Assembly (NCBI GenBank): GCA_000995415.1
Contig: LCEX01000016.1
Coordinates: forward strand, 1 to 54,736
Direction: 5' to 3'
From: Candidatus Gottesmanbacteria bacterium GW2011_GWC1_43_10
GTDB taxonomy: Bacteria > Patescibacteriota > Microgenomatia > UBA10105
Length of the DNA stretch: 54,736 bases
Position 1 is the stretch's first letter. Every line of letters begins with the position of its first letter. The notes under the pieces are model-generated. The model did not search any database, was not told the origin of the DNA, and saw only the letters and a program-made list of their open reading frames with translations. Position numbers and translations under genes: made by a program. This document shows, piece by piece, positions 43,737 to 52,926 of the stretch.

Positions 43737-46076
43737 ATGTTCTGGGCTGATCGAATCGCAAAAACCATTATAGATTCTGGAAAGTATAAACCCTATTGGG
43801 TGGATGATATGAAGACGCCGTCAGGCAGGATTCATGTCGGTTCTCTTCGTGGCGTGATCATTCACGACTTGGTTTATAAAGCGTTACTTGATGCGGGGAA
43901 CAGTGCGACTTTTACTTATGTCTTTGAAGACCAGGATCCGATGGACGCCTTGCCGCATTATTTAGATGCAAACAAGTGGAGTCAGTATTTAGGCCAACCT
44001 CTTTTTACGATTCCTTCTCCGGATGATAAGGCTCCCAGTTTCGCGCATTTTTATGCCAATGAATTTCAGGAAGTATTTAATAAAATTGGGGCAACACCCC
44101 AGATTCTCTGGAGTGGTGATTTGTACCGTAGCGGACGGATGAATGAGGGAATCAAAACCTGTTTAGATAAAGTAGCCATTATTCGCGAAATTTACAACGA
44201 AACTTACAAAAAAAGAATGGCCGATGACTGGTATCCGTTTCAGGTGATGTGTCCCAAATGCCAGAAAGAATCAACCACCCGTGTGACTCATTGGGATGGC
44301 AAAGAAGTGACATTTGCTTGCAAAGTAGACGCAGTTGAGTGGACGCGCGGTTGCGGATTCAAAGGCAAAATTTCTCCATTTAGTGGAGGAGGCGAGTATC
44401 ACGGAAAACTTTCCTGGAAAGTGGAATGGCCGGTCAAATGGATGGTGATTGGAGTGACAGTTGAAGGAGCGGGTAAAGACCATATGAGTGCCGGTGGTTC
44501 ACATGACATTGCCAAATTGATTTGTGATCGGGTACTCCACTTCCCCGTTCCATATCCGGTCGCGTATGAATTTTTTTTGATTGGCGGCAAGAAAATGTCT
44601 TCGAGTAAAGGTTTGGGGTCATCTTCCAAAGAAGTTTCCGAGATTTTGCCGCCCTACTTACTCCGGTTTTTATTTACGCGAACTGATTTTAACCAAACAA
44701 TTGATTTTGATCCGGTTGTTAATATGTATATCCCGGATTTATTTGATGAATATGATCGGTGTTGGCAGGCATATATTGAAAATGGGGACGAGAATCTGGC
44801 GCGGGCATTTATACTAGCTCAAATTAGTAAGGTGCCCGATAAAGAAAAAATATTTATTCCGCGATTTAAGGATGTAGCCAATTACATCGAGCATCCAAAT
44901 GTTGATTTAAAACAAAAATTTGCAGAAATTAAAGGTTCGGTATTGACTGTCGCCGAAGAAAAAATATTGGCCGAACGTGAACAATACGCTCGGATTTGGA
45001 TCGGTAAATATGCCCCCCCAGAATACAAGATGCAAATGGTTAAGAAACTACCGGAACAAGTTGGGCATTTGACGGATGAGCAGAAAAAATATCTGGCAAA
45101 AATCGTGAGTTTGATTGAAGTAGATATGACTGCGGACAAATTGCAGTTAGCTCTTTATAATTTGGCAAAAGAATCACAGCTTGAAACTAAACAAGCTTTT
45201 GCTGCTATTTATACTGCATTTATTGGGAGCACTCATGGGCCCCGGGCTGCCTGGTTTTTGTTGCAATATCCCAAAGAACAGGTGATTGAGCGTCTCAAAG
45301 AAGCGAGCGTGGATTCTGGGCTTGCCTCGCCGACAGGCAGGCGCACTACGTTTGCCAGAATGACAACTAATTCAACAGTTCCGATAACTCAGCGACCCGA
45401 TTTATTTTCTATTTCAGATGACATAAAGATAAAATATCCTTCTATTTCAGTTGGTATTGCACTTATTAAAAATGTTCACATCGCAAAAACCAATCCGCAA
45501 CTAGAGTTGGAAAAGAAAGAACTCTTAGTCACTTTGCAGGCGTTAACTACCGAGCAACTCGGAAAATATCCAGAAGTTGTTAGTTATAGAAAACTGTACA
45601 AGGAAATGGGTATTGACTGGCATTCACGAAGACCTTCCCCTGAAGCACTGCTTAGACGAGTGGTACTCGGTAAAGGCTTATATACGGTTAACACCTGTGT
45701 CGATGCTTATAATTTAGTAGTGATGAAACATCGGGTGTCAGTGGGTGCATTTGATGCAGACAATATTAAGTTTCCCACTGTATTACGTTTTGCAGGGGAG
45801 GGTGATCAAATATTACTACTTGGCGATTCAGAACCAACAAAATATCATAGCTCTGAAATTACCTATTATGATGGGGAGGGTGGTTACAATATTGATTTCA
45901 ATTTTCGGGATGCGCAAAGAACTAAGGTGACAGAAAAAACTAAAAATTTGTGGATCAATGTCGATGGAGTGTTTGATATTACCCCCGAACAAGTATACCA
46001 GTCGCTTCAAGAATCAGTTGAGTTAATTACCAAATATTGCGGAGGAACTGTTGAAGTCATAGGAGTGGTGAAATAA
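43737..46076 (+). CDS. lysS: Class I lysyl-tRNA synthetase fused to C-terminal B3/4 domain
   Basis: MFWAD, TPSGRIHVGS, GKDH, KMSSSKG, GPR; C-terminal RPSPEALLRR..NTCVDAYN..GAFD. Confidence 0.92.
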   Translation: MFWADRIAKTIIDSGKYKPYWVDDMKTPSGRIHVGSLRGVIIHDLVYKALLDAGNSATFTYVFEDQDPMDALPHYLDANKWSQYLGQPLFTIPSPDDKAPSFAHFYANEFQEVFNKIGATPQILWSGDLYRSGRMNEGIKTCLDKVAIIREIYNETYKKRMADDWYPFQVMCPKCQKESTTRVTHWDGKEVTFACKVDAVEWTRGCGFKGKISPFSGGGEYHGKLSWKVEWPVKWMVIGVTVEGAGKDHMSAGGSHDIAKLICDRVLHFPVPYPVAYEFFLIGGKKMSSSKGLGSSSKEVSEILPPYLLRFLFTRTDFNQTIDFDPVVNMYIPDLFDEYDRCWQAYIENGDENLARAFILAQISKVPDKEKIFIPRFKDVANYIEHPNVDLKQKFAEIKGSVLTVAEEKILAEREQYARIWIGKYAPPEYKMQMVKKLPEQVGHLTDEQKKYLAKIVSLIEVDMTADKLQLALYNLAKESQLETKQAFAAIYTAFIGSTHGPRAAWFLLQYPKEQVIERLKEASVDSGLASPTGRRTTFARMTTNSTVPITQRPDLFSISDDIKIKYPSISVGIALIKNVHIAKTNPQLELEKKELLVTLQALTTEQLGKYPEVVSYRKLYKEMGIDWHSRRPSPEALLRRVVLGKGLYTVNTCVDAYNLVVMKHRVSVGAFDADNIKFPTVLRFAGEGDQILLLGDSEPTKYHSSEITYYDGEGGYNIDFNFRDAQRTKVTEKTKNLWINVDGVFDITPEQVYQSLQESVELITKYCGGTVEVIGVVK
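45311..45364. repeat. In-frame GATTCTGG..CCAGAATGAC half-element with nested CAGGCAGG palindrome in lysS linker
   Basis: Encodes DSGLASPTGRRTTFARMT. Confidence 0.8.
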
Positions 46077-46121
46077 TCAATAAACAACAGTATCGATACA
46101 AAAATACTAATGGATACTAAT

Positions 46122-46282
46122 TAACCTGAGTTAAGAAATGAATGAAGCTAAATTACTCATTGTCATTCCCGACCTGATCGGGAATCTATAAAAATAAAGT
46201 ATTTAGCGGATTCCCAGCTTTTACCGGGAATGACAAGTTATAATGACTAGAATAGTAACAACCCATTTCGTAACTCAAGCTA
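46122..46282. mobile_element. ~160-bp MITE-like element with internal GTCATTCCCG..GGGAATGAC pair
   Basis: taacctgagttaagaaatg / catttcgtaactcaagcta imperfect IR (16 of 19). Confidence 0.65.
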
Positions 46283-46297
46283 TATTAACATCGATAC

Positions 46298-46915
46298 ATG
46301 AGCAAATTATTAATCGCCACTACCAACCCTGGTAAACTTGCAGAATTTAAACAATTTCTTGCAGATGTGCCAATTGAGATAGTTAGTCTTTCCGATGTAT
46401 CGATACATCGGAAACCTGAAGAAACTGGAAAAACATTTGAAGAGAACGCGATTTTAAAAGCCAATTTTTATCAAAAACTCACAGGACTTCCAACACTGGC
46501 TGATGATGGGGGATTTGAAATCGATGCATTGGATGGAGAACCTGGAATTAAATCCCACAGGTGGGTTAACCCAGAACGGGAAAGCAGTGATGAGGAATTA
46601 ATTACATACACCATAAAACGACTAACCGGAATTCCCCTGGACCAGCGCGGAGCCAAACTGCGTTTAGTATTGGCTCTAGTTTTATCAGATGGAAACACAC
46701 ATACTGTAGAAGCAAAAATTAGGGGAATTGTTCCCCTCAAACCAGGAACACATCGGACTGAAGGATTTCCTTATCGTTCACTCCTGTTTTTGCCGGAAAT
46801 AAACAAATTCTATGATAAACAGTTGCTTACTGTAGCTGAAAACGAGCAGTACAATCACCGCAAAAAGGCAGTAGAACAACTAAAACCTATTATTGACAGA
46901 TTATTGACAAGCTAG
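46298..46915 (+). CDS. rdgB: Non-canonical purine NTP pyrophosphatase (Ham1/RdgB)
   Basis: ATTNPGK, EETGKTFEENA, ADDGG..ALDGEPG; NHR in place of SHR. Confidence 0.9.
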   Translation: MSKLLIATTNPGKLAEFKQFLADVPIEIVSLSDVSIHRKPEETGKTFEENAILKANFYQKLTGLPTLADDGGFEIDALDGEPGIKSHRWVNPERESSDEELITYTIKRLTGIPLDQRGAKLRLVLALVLSDGNTHTVEAKIRGIVPLKPGTHRTEGFPYRSLLFLPEINKFYDKQLLTVAENEQYNHRKKAVEQLKPIIDRLLTS

Positions 46916-46936
46916 AAAATAGACGTATACTATATG

Positions 46937-47112
46937 AAGGATAGAACAAGCGTTTGAGACAGCTTCCAACTGTCGATGCTTCCCGATAGACCTTATTATT
47001 TTAAATAAATCGGGACGGGAGAGTCCGTAATAACTCAAATTAAGTATTGTTAGGGTGGCATCTTTCCGACTTAGTCGGGACCATAACACGCATATAGTAT
47101 GCGTGTTTTTTT
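46937..47112 (+). ncRNA. Ser T-box riboswitch with ultrashort stem I, antiterminator and terminator
   Basis: TTGACA/TATACT promoter at 46904-46931; stem gacag-CUUCCAA-ctgtc with UCC; tgttaggg-UGGCAUC-ttccgac/gtcggga-ccataaca antiterminator; aacacgcata/tatgcgtgtt-T run terminator. Confidence 0.7.
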
Positions 47113-47120
47113 ATAGAAGT

Positions 47121-47759
47121 ATGACAAAAATTTATTTAGTCAGACATGGAGAATCTGTTGCCAATACCCAAGGAATTTATCAAGGTATTACATATAATAC
47201 ACCTTTATCTGATCTTGGGAGTCAACAAGCACGAGCACTAGCTGGGCGCTTTCAAAACACGACCATCAGCAAAATAATCGCCAGCCCACTTGAACGAACT
47301 CACCAAACGGCAAGTATTGTGGGTTCTTCTAAACAAATAAATATTGAAATAGAAAAAAATATTATTGAAACCAATCATGGACTTTGGGAAGGAGAACATA
47401 AAAATACTATTGCCCAAAATTGGCCTGATCTTTATAAAAAATGGCAAAAATTTCCATCAGGGGTCCAATTTCCTGACGGCGAACATTTTTTAGATACCCA
47501 AAAACGGGTTTTGAATTGGTGGAAGAAAGTTGTCTCCGATAACTCGCATAATTTATTGGTCGTGTCTCACGATAATATTATTCGGATCATCATTGCCAAA
47601 GTTTTGAATATGAAACTCAACCGGATCTGGAAGTTTCATTTACATCCGACAGCGGTGACAGTCATTGATGTTGAAGCCGGCAATGCAGGTTTGGTTGATC
47701 TAAATAATGCCAGTCATCTAGGGAATTTACAAACCAATCTTGCATTACATGCATTGTAA
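47121..47759 (+). CDS. Histidine phosphatase (PGM family), probable metal-independent phosphoserine phosphatase
   Basis: LVRHGES, SPLERT, ETNHG, VSHD, C-terminal HL..HAL; directly upstream of serS. Confidence 0.75.
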   Translation: MTKIYLVRHGESVANTQGIYQGITYNTPLSDLGSQQARALAGRFQNTTISKIIASPLERTHQTASIVGSSKQINIEIEKNIIETNHGLWEGEHKNTIAQNWPDLYKKWQKFPSGVQFPDGEHFLDTQKRVLNWWKKVVSDNSHNLLVVSHDNIIRIIIAKVLNMKLNRIWKFHLHPTAVTVIDVEAGNAGLVDLNNASHLGNLQTNLALHAL

Positions 47760-47811
47760 ATGTATGCTTGTCGTGATTAATGTTTGAGCGAAGTGAGAAC
47801 TGACGCATTTG

Positions 47812-47873
47812 TGTCATTCCCGCGCAGGCGGGAATCCATTTGTATAGATCCCCGATCGGAGTCGGGGATGACA
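47812..47873. repeat. GTCATTCCCG..GGGGATGAC palindromic pair (dRS3-like ATTCCC-N8-GGGAAT)
   Basis: gtcattcccgcgcaggcgggaatcc ... gatccccgatcggagtcggggatgac. Confidence 0.88.
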
Positions 47874-47905
47874 ATATTTTTAACTTCGTTCTAGGAGTAA
47901 ATAAT

Positions 47906-49183
47906 ATGTTAGACATCAAATTTATCCGGGACAATTTAGAACTTTGTAAAAATGCTGCCAAAAATAAAAATCGGGTAGTGGAGTGGGAAAAATTATTACA
48001 ACTTGACGACAGACGGCGAGAACTGATTAGGCAAGTTGAAACACTTAGAGCAGAAAGAAATGAAATTAGTTCACAGTCTGCAGTTTCGGCCAAAGGCCGA
48101 TCCGCCTTTGGCGGACGAAGTTCGCAGTTAAGAGGAAAAGAAATAAAAGGCGAGTTGAAAAAGCTGGAAGAAGAGTTGCGAACTGTTGAACAGGAATTTA
48201 CCCAACTCATGTACACCGTTCCCAATGTGCCTGACAAAAGCGTTCCGGTGGGAAAAGATAGCACCGGCAATGTGGAGATCAAAAAATGGGGGGAACCGAC
48301 AAAATTTTCTTTCAAGCCAAAAGACCATATCCAACTCGCAAAAGAATTAGATCTTATTGATTTTGAACGCGGGGTAAAAGTTGGTGGGTACCGGGCTTAT
48401 TTCCTCAAAAATGAAGCCGCACTTTTGGAAATGGCGATACTTATGTACGCCTATCAAAAGTTAGTTAAAAAAGGCTATATACCCCTCATTGCTCCGAGTA
48501 TATTAAATGAATTTACACTTTTTGGCATTGGACAATTTCCGTGGGGGAGAGAAGAAGTATATCATTTGGAAAAAGATGATAAATATTTGGCTGGCACGGC
48601 CGAACAACCGGTCACCGCTTATTTTGCAAATGAAATTCTAAATGAAAAAGATCTACCCAAAAAGTTTGTGGCTTTTTCTCCCTGTTTCCGGCGTGAAGCC
48701 GGCAGTTATGGAAAAGATACTAAAGGCGCATACCGCGTGCATCAATTTAACAAAATTGAGCAAGTGATCATTTCCACAAACGACATGAGTAAATCCTTTG
48801 AGCTGCATGAAGAGTTGTTACGAAATTCTGAAGAAATTTTACAAGATCTCAAACTACCATATCGCGTGTTACTTATGTGTACCGGTGACATGGGCGAGCC
48901 CCAGGTAAAAAAATATGATGTCGAAACCTGGATGCCCAGTCGCGTGGCGTATGGTGAAACGATGTCAAATTCGGTCATGGGTGATTTCCAAACCAGAAGA
49001 CTGAAAATCCGTTATCGCACAAAAGACGGCCAAACTCTTTTTTGCCACTCATTAAATAATACCGCAATTGCCTCACCGCGGATTCTTATACCCATTTTAG
49101 AAAATTATCAAAATTCAGATGGATCTGTGACAATCCCTGAAGTGCTTAGGCTATACTTAGGCAAAGACAAGATTTCGCGATGA
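47906..49183 (+). CDS. serS: Seryl-tRNA synthetase
   Basis: MLDIKFIRDN, GTAE, FRREAG, HQFNKIEQ, NNTA..R; RBS aggag. Confidence 0.97.
   Translation: MLDIKFIRDNLELCKNAAKNKNRVVEWEKLLQLDDRRRELIRQVETLRAERNEISSQSAVSAKGRSAFGGRSSQLRGKEIKGELKKLEEELRTVEQEFTQLMYTVPNVPDKSVPVGKDSTGNVEIKKWGEPTKFSFKPKDHIQLAKELDLIDFERGVKVGGYRAYFLKNEAALLEMAILMYAYQKLVKKGYIPLIAPSILNEFTLFGIGQFPWGREEVYHLEKDDKYLAGTAEQPVTAYFANEILNEKDLPKKFVAFSPCFRREAGSYGKDTKGAYRVHQFNKIEQVIISTNDMSKSFELHEELLRNSEEILQDLKLPYRVLLMCTGDMGEPQVKKYDVETWMPSRVAYGETMSNSVMGDFQTRRLKIRYRTKDGQTLFCHSLNNTAIASPRILIPILENYQNSDGSVTIPEVLRLYLGKDKISR
48086..48115. repeat. In-frame 30-bp double hairpin in serS coiled-coil arm
   Basis: tcggcc-aaa-ggccga tccgcc-ttt-ggcgga, encoding SAKGRSAFGG. 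Confidence 0.85.
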
Positions 49184-50544
49184 AAATAAAGGTGAAAGTT
49201 GTTATTACGGAAGCGGGTTTTGACGTTTATTTAAACCAACACCCCCACCAGGTAAGTTACCCCAAACCAATTTGGCAAGCTTTCCCCCAAAAACTTAAAT
49301 TACCTTTTGCCGAATTTGTGGCATTTATGACGACAGTTCCCAAGGCTTTTACAAACTCAACCAATATTGAGTATCAATTTCCGCGGCCGATTGCAGAATC
49401 ATTTTTTTATTTTGGTCTACTACTTTCACAACCTGAAAACCTGATCGATTTTTCGGGTTGGAAAACTTCAGATTATTTGCGCCAGGTTATGAATAGTTTT
49501 TACAAGATTTCATTTACCGGCCAAACTCGCGAAATTATTACAGACGTAAGTTATACACCTGATAAACAATCAGCGATCGTTCCGTTTACATTTGGTAAAG
49601 ACAGTTTATTGACCTTTGGTTTGTGTCAGGAAATGGGTTTGAAACCTATTCCGATTTTTATGCTAGAGCCAACTAATTTGTACGAAAATAAATTAAAGCA
49701 AAAATTGCTGGCCCAATTTATCAAAGAATTTAAACAGCCGATCTATACGTTTCCGGTGCCACTAGCCCAACTTAAACAAACGCGGGGCAAGTGGTGGGGT
49801 TGGGATATTTTTCTGACCCAATATACGATATTTTTACTTCCATTTTTGTATACGCACAAAGCCAATTATTTATTTTGGTCCAATGAAAGCAATTGCAATG
49901 AAGTAGTTTCGGATTCCGAAGGATTTATGGTTAACGCAACTTTTGAACAGTCAACTAAGTGGATGCAAGTTCTCTCATCCGGTTTGAGACTATTTGGCGT
50001 AAACGCCAAGCTTGGGAGTTTGCTTGAACCTTTGACGGAGATCGGGATTTTATCCATGTTGCATCGTTATTATCCTGATTTGGGCCGATACCAAACTTCT
50101 TGCTTAAATGACGAACCAATATCAGCTACCAAACGTTGGTGTGGTAAATGTTATGAATGTGCCCGGGTATATATTTCTTTATTGGCACTTCGGATTGATC
50201 CGCGCCGGGTCGGGTTTGATGTAGATATGCTTAGGAGATCCAAACGCCACTTGTATTACATTTTTGCAAAAACTCAGGATGATTTGCATAACAAGTTTAC
50301 ATTTACACGAAATGAAAAATTATTTGCATTTTTCTTAGCTTACAAAAATGGTAATCGCGGAAAACTGATGGACGAATTCAAAACGCGATTTTTGAAAAAT
50401 GTCAAAGCAAAACAAAAACATTACCGACATTTATATCTGGGAACATCGTCAACTCAAACTATCCCTGAAGAATTAAAATCCCGAGTGCACCGGCTCTACT
50501 CCCAAAGACTCGACCAAATAAAAAAAGACTTAGAGCCTGTTTGA
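49180..50544 (+). CDS. PP-loop-like protein with WCxxCxxC motif (MurL/QueC-like), paralog 1
   Basis: PFTFGKDSLL, SNE, YQTSC, RWCGKCYEC. Confidence 0.65.
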   Translation: MKIKVKVVITEAGFDVYLNQHPHQVSYPKPIWQAFPQKLKLPFAEFVAFMTTVPKAFTNSTNIEYQFPRPIAESFFYFGLLLSQPENLIDFSGWKTSDYLRQVMNSFYKISFTGQTREIITDVSYTPDKQSAIVPFTFGKDSLLTFGLCQEMGLKPIPIFMLEPTNLYENKLKQKLLAQFIKEFKQPIYTFPVPLAQLKQTRGKWWGWDIFLTQYTIFLLPFLYTHKANYLFWSNESNCNEVVSDSEGFMVNATFEQSTKWMQVLSSGLRLFGVNAKLGSLLEPLTEIGILSMLHRYYPDLGRYQTSCLNDEPISATKRWCGKCYECARVYISLLALRIDPRRVGFDVDMLRRSKRHLYYIFAKTQDDLHNKFTFTRNEKLFAFFLAYKNGNRGKLMDEFKTRFLKNVKAKQKHYRHLYLGTSSTQTIPEELKSRVHRLYSQRLDQIKKDLEPV

Positions 50545-50696
50545 GAAGTCCATATTTGGCTATAATTGCCCACATTTGGCTAAAAACCATTCACCGTTCG
50601 TCACTGTATCTAGTCTCGATACAGCTCCTCACGCTTCATGGTTTTTACCTCGAACTTGGACAATTCTATCTCAAAAGAGACTTTTCAAACAGGCTC
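50533..50696. mobile_element. 164-bp MITE, GAGCCTGTTTGA ends, TTA target duplication
   Basis: tta|gagcctgtttgagaagtc ... gacttttcaaacaggctc|tta. Confidence 0.9.
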
Positions 50697-52157
50697 TTAA
50701 ACTAAATCAGCCAGTTCCTGATGATAGATTCGAAGCACCTTTGCTCTGAAGGCTTTGGGAATAGTTTTGGTAGAGTGGATACCAAAAAAACGCTTGCGAA
50801 AAGCCCGTTCATTTTTGGTGGCATATTTGATGTATTTACGGACAAACAATGACATAAGAGGTCCTTTGACTCCGCGTTTATAAGCCAGAAAGTACGCAAA
50901 AATTTGTTCATCTTTACCAGCCTGGCTTTGGTCATAACCATATTCTTTGATCCTTGTCGAACTAAAAATAGAATAGAGATGTTGGTATTTAGCAGCCAAC
51001 AACTGGTGAGTGAAACCGACAGTTTTGGGATCAATCCCCAACCCCAAAAGGAAAATATAAATCCGGCCGCACTTGGAGCAATTTTCGCACCAGCGGTTAT
51101 CGCCCTCGGGTCGGTATTCCAGATCACAGGAGCTTTGATATTTAGCGATGTCCGGATAGCGGGAATGTAGGATTTTTTCTATCGCGATTTCGTAAAGCGG
51201 TTCAAGGAGTGTCCCGATAGACAAAGAGTTACCTCCGACGATGCTTGTCATCAGTGAATTCTGCAGTAGCCATTCATGTGATTGTTCATACACCGGATTG
51301 CAGCGAAAACCATCTGGATCCACAATTGTGTCATCACAACTTTGTTCATTGGAAAAAAGGATATAACCGGCGCGTTTGGCATAAACATAAGGCAGGAGCA
51401 TCAGTGAATAATGAGTAAGTTGCAGTTCCCAGCCAAACCAGCCCGATGGTTCACGCAAAACTCCGAGAGTATTTTTGAGGAATGCCAATTTGATTTTGAA
51501 TTCCTTGCGGAAAGGGATAGCCAGTAGTTTTTTGATGACTGCCTCATATGGATAATCAGGTTCGGAGATAAAGACGGGATTGACCGTAAGTCCCAACTCG
51601 CGAGCCAGAGCAAAAGTGAGTAGGCTGTCTTTGCCAAAAGTGAAAGGCATGATGATGTGGTCTGAAAGGCTGGTGCGATTGTACGGCGGAATATCTGTTT
51701 TTTGATTGGAAAATAAGTAGTCCACATCATACAACCGGCGCAGTAAATTGGAGGTAAGCTTTTTATCTTTTTCTGACTGCATGATAGCAGTTGCAGGTAA
51801 AGACAGCGAAAATGCCTTAAATAGAAACGATTCCGATAGTGGTACGGGTAAGTTGTAAGACATTTTTTTAAGCGACGTAAATATATATGGCAGATGAAAT
51901 GTCAGACCAAATGTGATATTTTGGGCTAGGATTTTACGCTGAATTTTAGGAAATCTTTGCCAAACTCCGGGCGGGTAATGCAGACTAAAAGTTTTGTTGT
52001 TGATTTTGACCTGGATACCGCGGTCTACTACTTGAGTTGAAATCTCCGCCAGCCCATTGACTTTTATTTTAGGAAAAGTATTTTTGGGTGGGGTGATATT
52101 TATTTGCGGCAAATCAGCGATTGGAACTGTCGACAAGAGGTTGAGATTTTGATTCAT
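50697..52157 (-). CDS. PP-loop-like protein with WCxxCxxC motif (MurL/QueC-like), paralog 2
   Basis: PFTFGKDSLL, SNE, YQSSC, RWCENCSKC. Confidence 0.65.
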   Translation of the reverse strand: MNQNLNLLSTVPIADLPQINITPPKNTFPKIKVNGLAEISTQVVDRGIQVKINNKTFSLHYPPGVWQRFPKIQRKILAQNITFGLTFHLPYIFTSLKKMSYNLPVPLSESFLFKAFSLSLPATAIMQSEKDKKLTSNLLRRLYDVDYLFSNQKTDIPPYNRTSLSDHIIMPFTFGKDSLLTFALARELGLTVNPVFISEPDYPYEAVIKKLLAIPFRKEFKIKLAFLKNTLGVLREPSGWFGWELQLTHYSLMLLPYVYAKRAGYILFSNEQSCDDTIVDPDGFRCNPVYEQSHEWLLQNSLMTSIVGGNSLSIGTLLEPLYEIAIEKILHSRYPDIAKYQSSCDLEYRPEGDNRWCENCSKCGRIYIFLLGLGIDPKTVGFTHQLLAAKYQHLYSIFSSTRIKEYGYDQSQAGKDEQIFAYFLAYKRGVKGPLMSLFVRKYIKYATKNERAFRKRFFGIHSTKTIPKAFRAKVLRIYHQELADLV

Positions 52158-52263
52158 GTTTTGACATAATAAATACAGCTTGTTAATTCATCATACGATC
52201 TTTGTTAGTCTTGTCAAGTAAACTTTTGGATCGGACTGTACCGAAGCCATCAATTGAACAGAT

Positions 52264-52899
52264 ATGAATTTATTATCGTTATTTTTTCCGCAAAAAATTG
52301 CAGTATACAAATCAAAATACAACTCCGAAATCAAAGTCTACGAATTTTTGGGAAGAAAATATATCGAAGTCGGAAGACTCATGCAGTCAGGAAACATGGT
52401 AAAGCAGTTATTTAGTCAGATGCTCAAAAAATTTCATTTGCAACATCAACCATACATTAAACGCATTTTGGTACTAGGTTTAGGTGGCGGTTCGGTGGTA
52501 GAGCTACTAAATAAAACTTATCCCGAAGCAGAAATCACAGCCATTGAAATTGATCCGATGATGGTTCAAGCGGGTAGAAAATATTTACAACTTGGTAAGA
52601 GCAGGCGTCTTAAAATAATTTTTGCCGATGTGTTCAAGCTGCCGAGGAGTAAAATAAAATATGATTTAGTAATAGTAGATTTGTTTCGGGGAGAAGAGAC
52701 TCCGGCGCAACTTGGGGAGCCAAGCTTTTTGCGATATCTGAAAAGCTTGACTACAGAACAGGGATGTATCGTTTTTAACCGCCTGTATTTCCAAAAACAC
52801 ATTTTTGAAGCCAACCAATTTCTTAACAAACTTGAGGGCATCTTTCAGCATGTAGATACAACGAAGGTTTACTTCAATCTATTCATCAAAGCCTGTTGA
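52264..52899 (+). CDS. Spermidine-synthase-like class I SAM-dependent methyltransferase
   Basis: MQS, ILVLGLGGGS, IEIDP, YDLVIVDLF. Confidence 0.85.
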   Translation: MNLLSLFFPQKIAVYKSKYNSEIKVYEFLGRKYIEVGRLMQSGNMVKQLFSQMLKKFHLQHQPYIKRILVLGLGGGSVVELLNKTYPEAEITAIEIDPMMVQAGRKYLQLGKSRRLKIIFADVFKLPRSKIKYDLVIVDLFRGEETPAQLGEPSFLRYLKSLTTEQGCIVFNRLYFQKHIFEANQFLNKLEGIFQHVDTTKVYFNLFIKAC

Positions 52900-52926
52900 T
52901 CTCTCTTAAAGATACTGCAAAATAGT

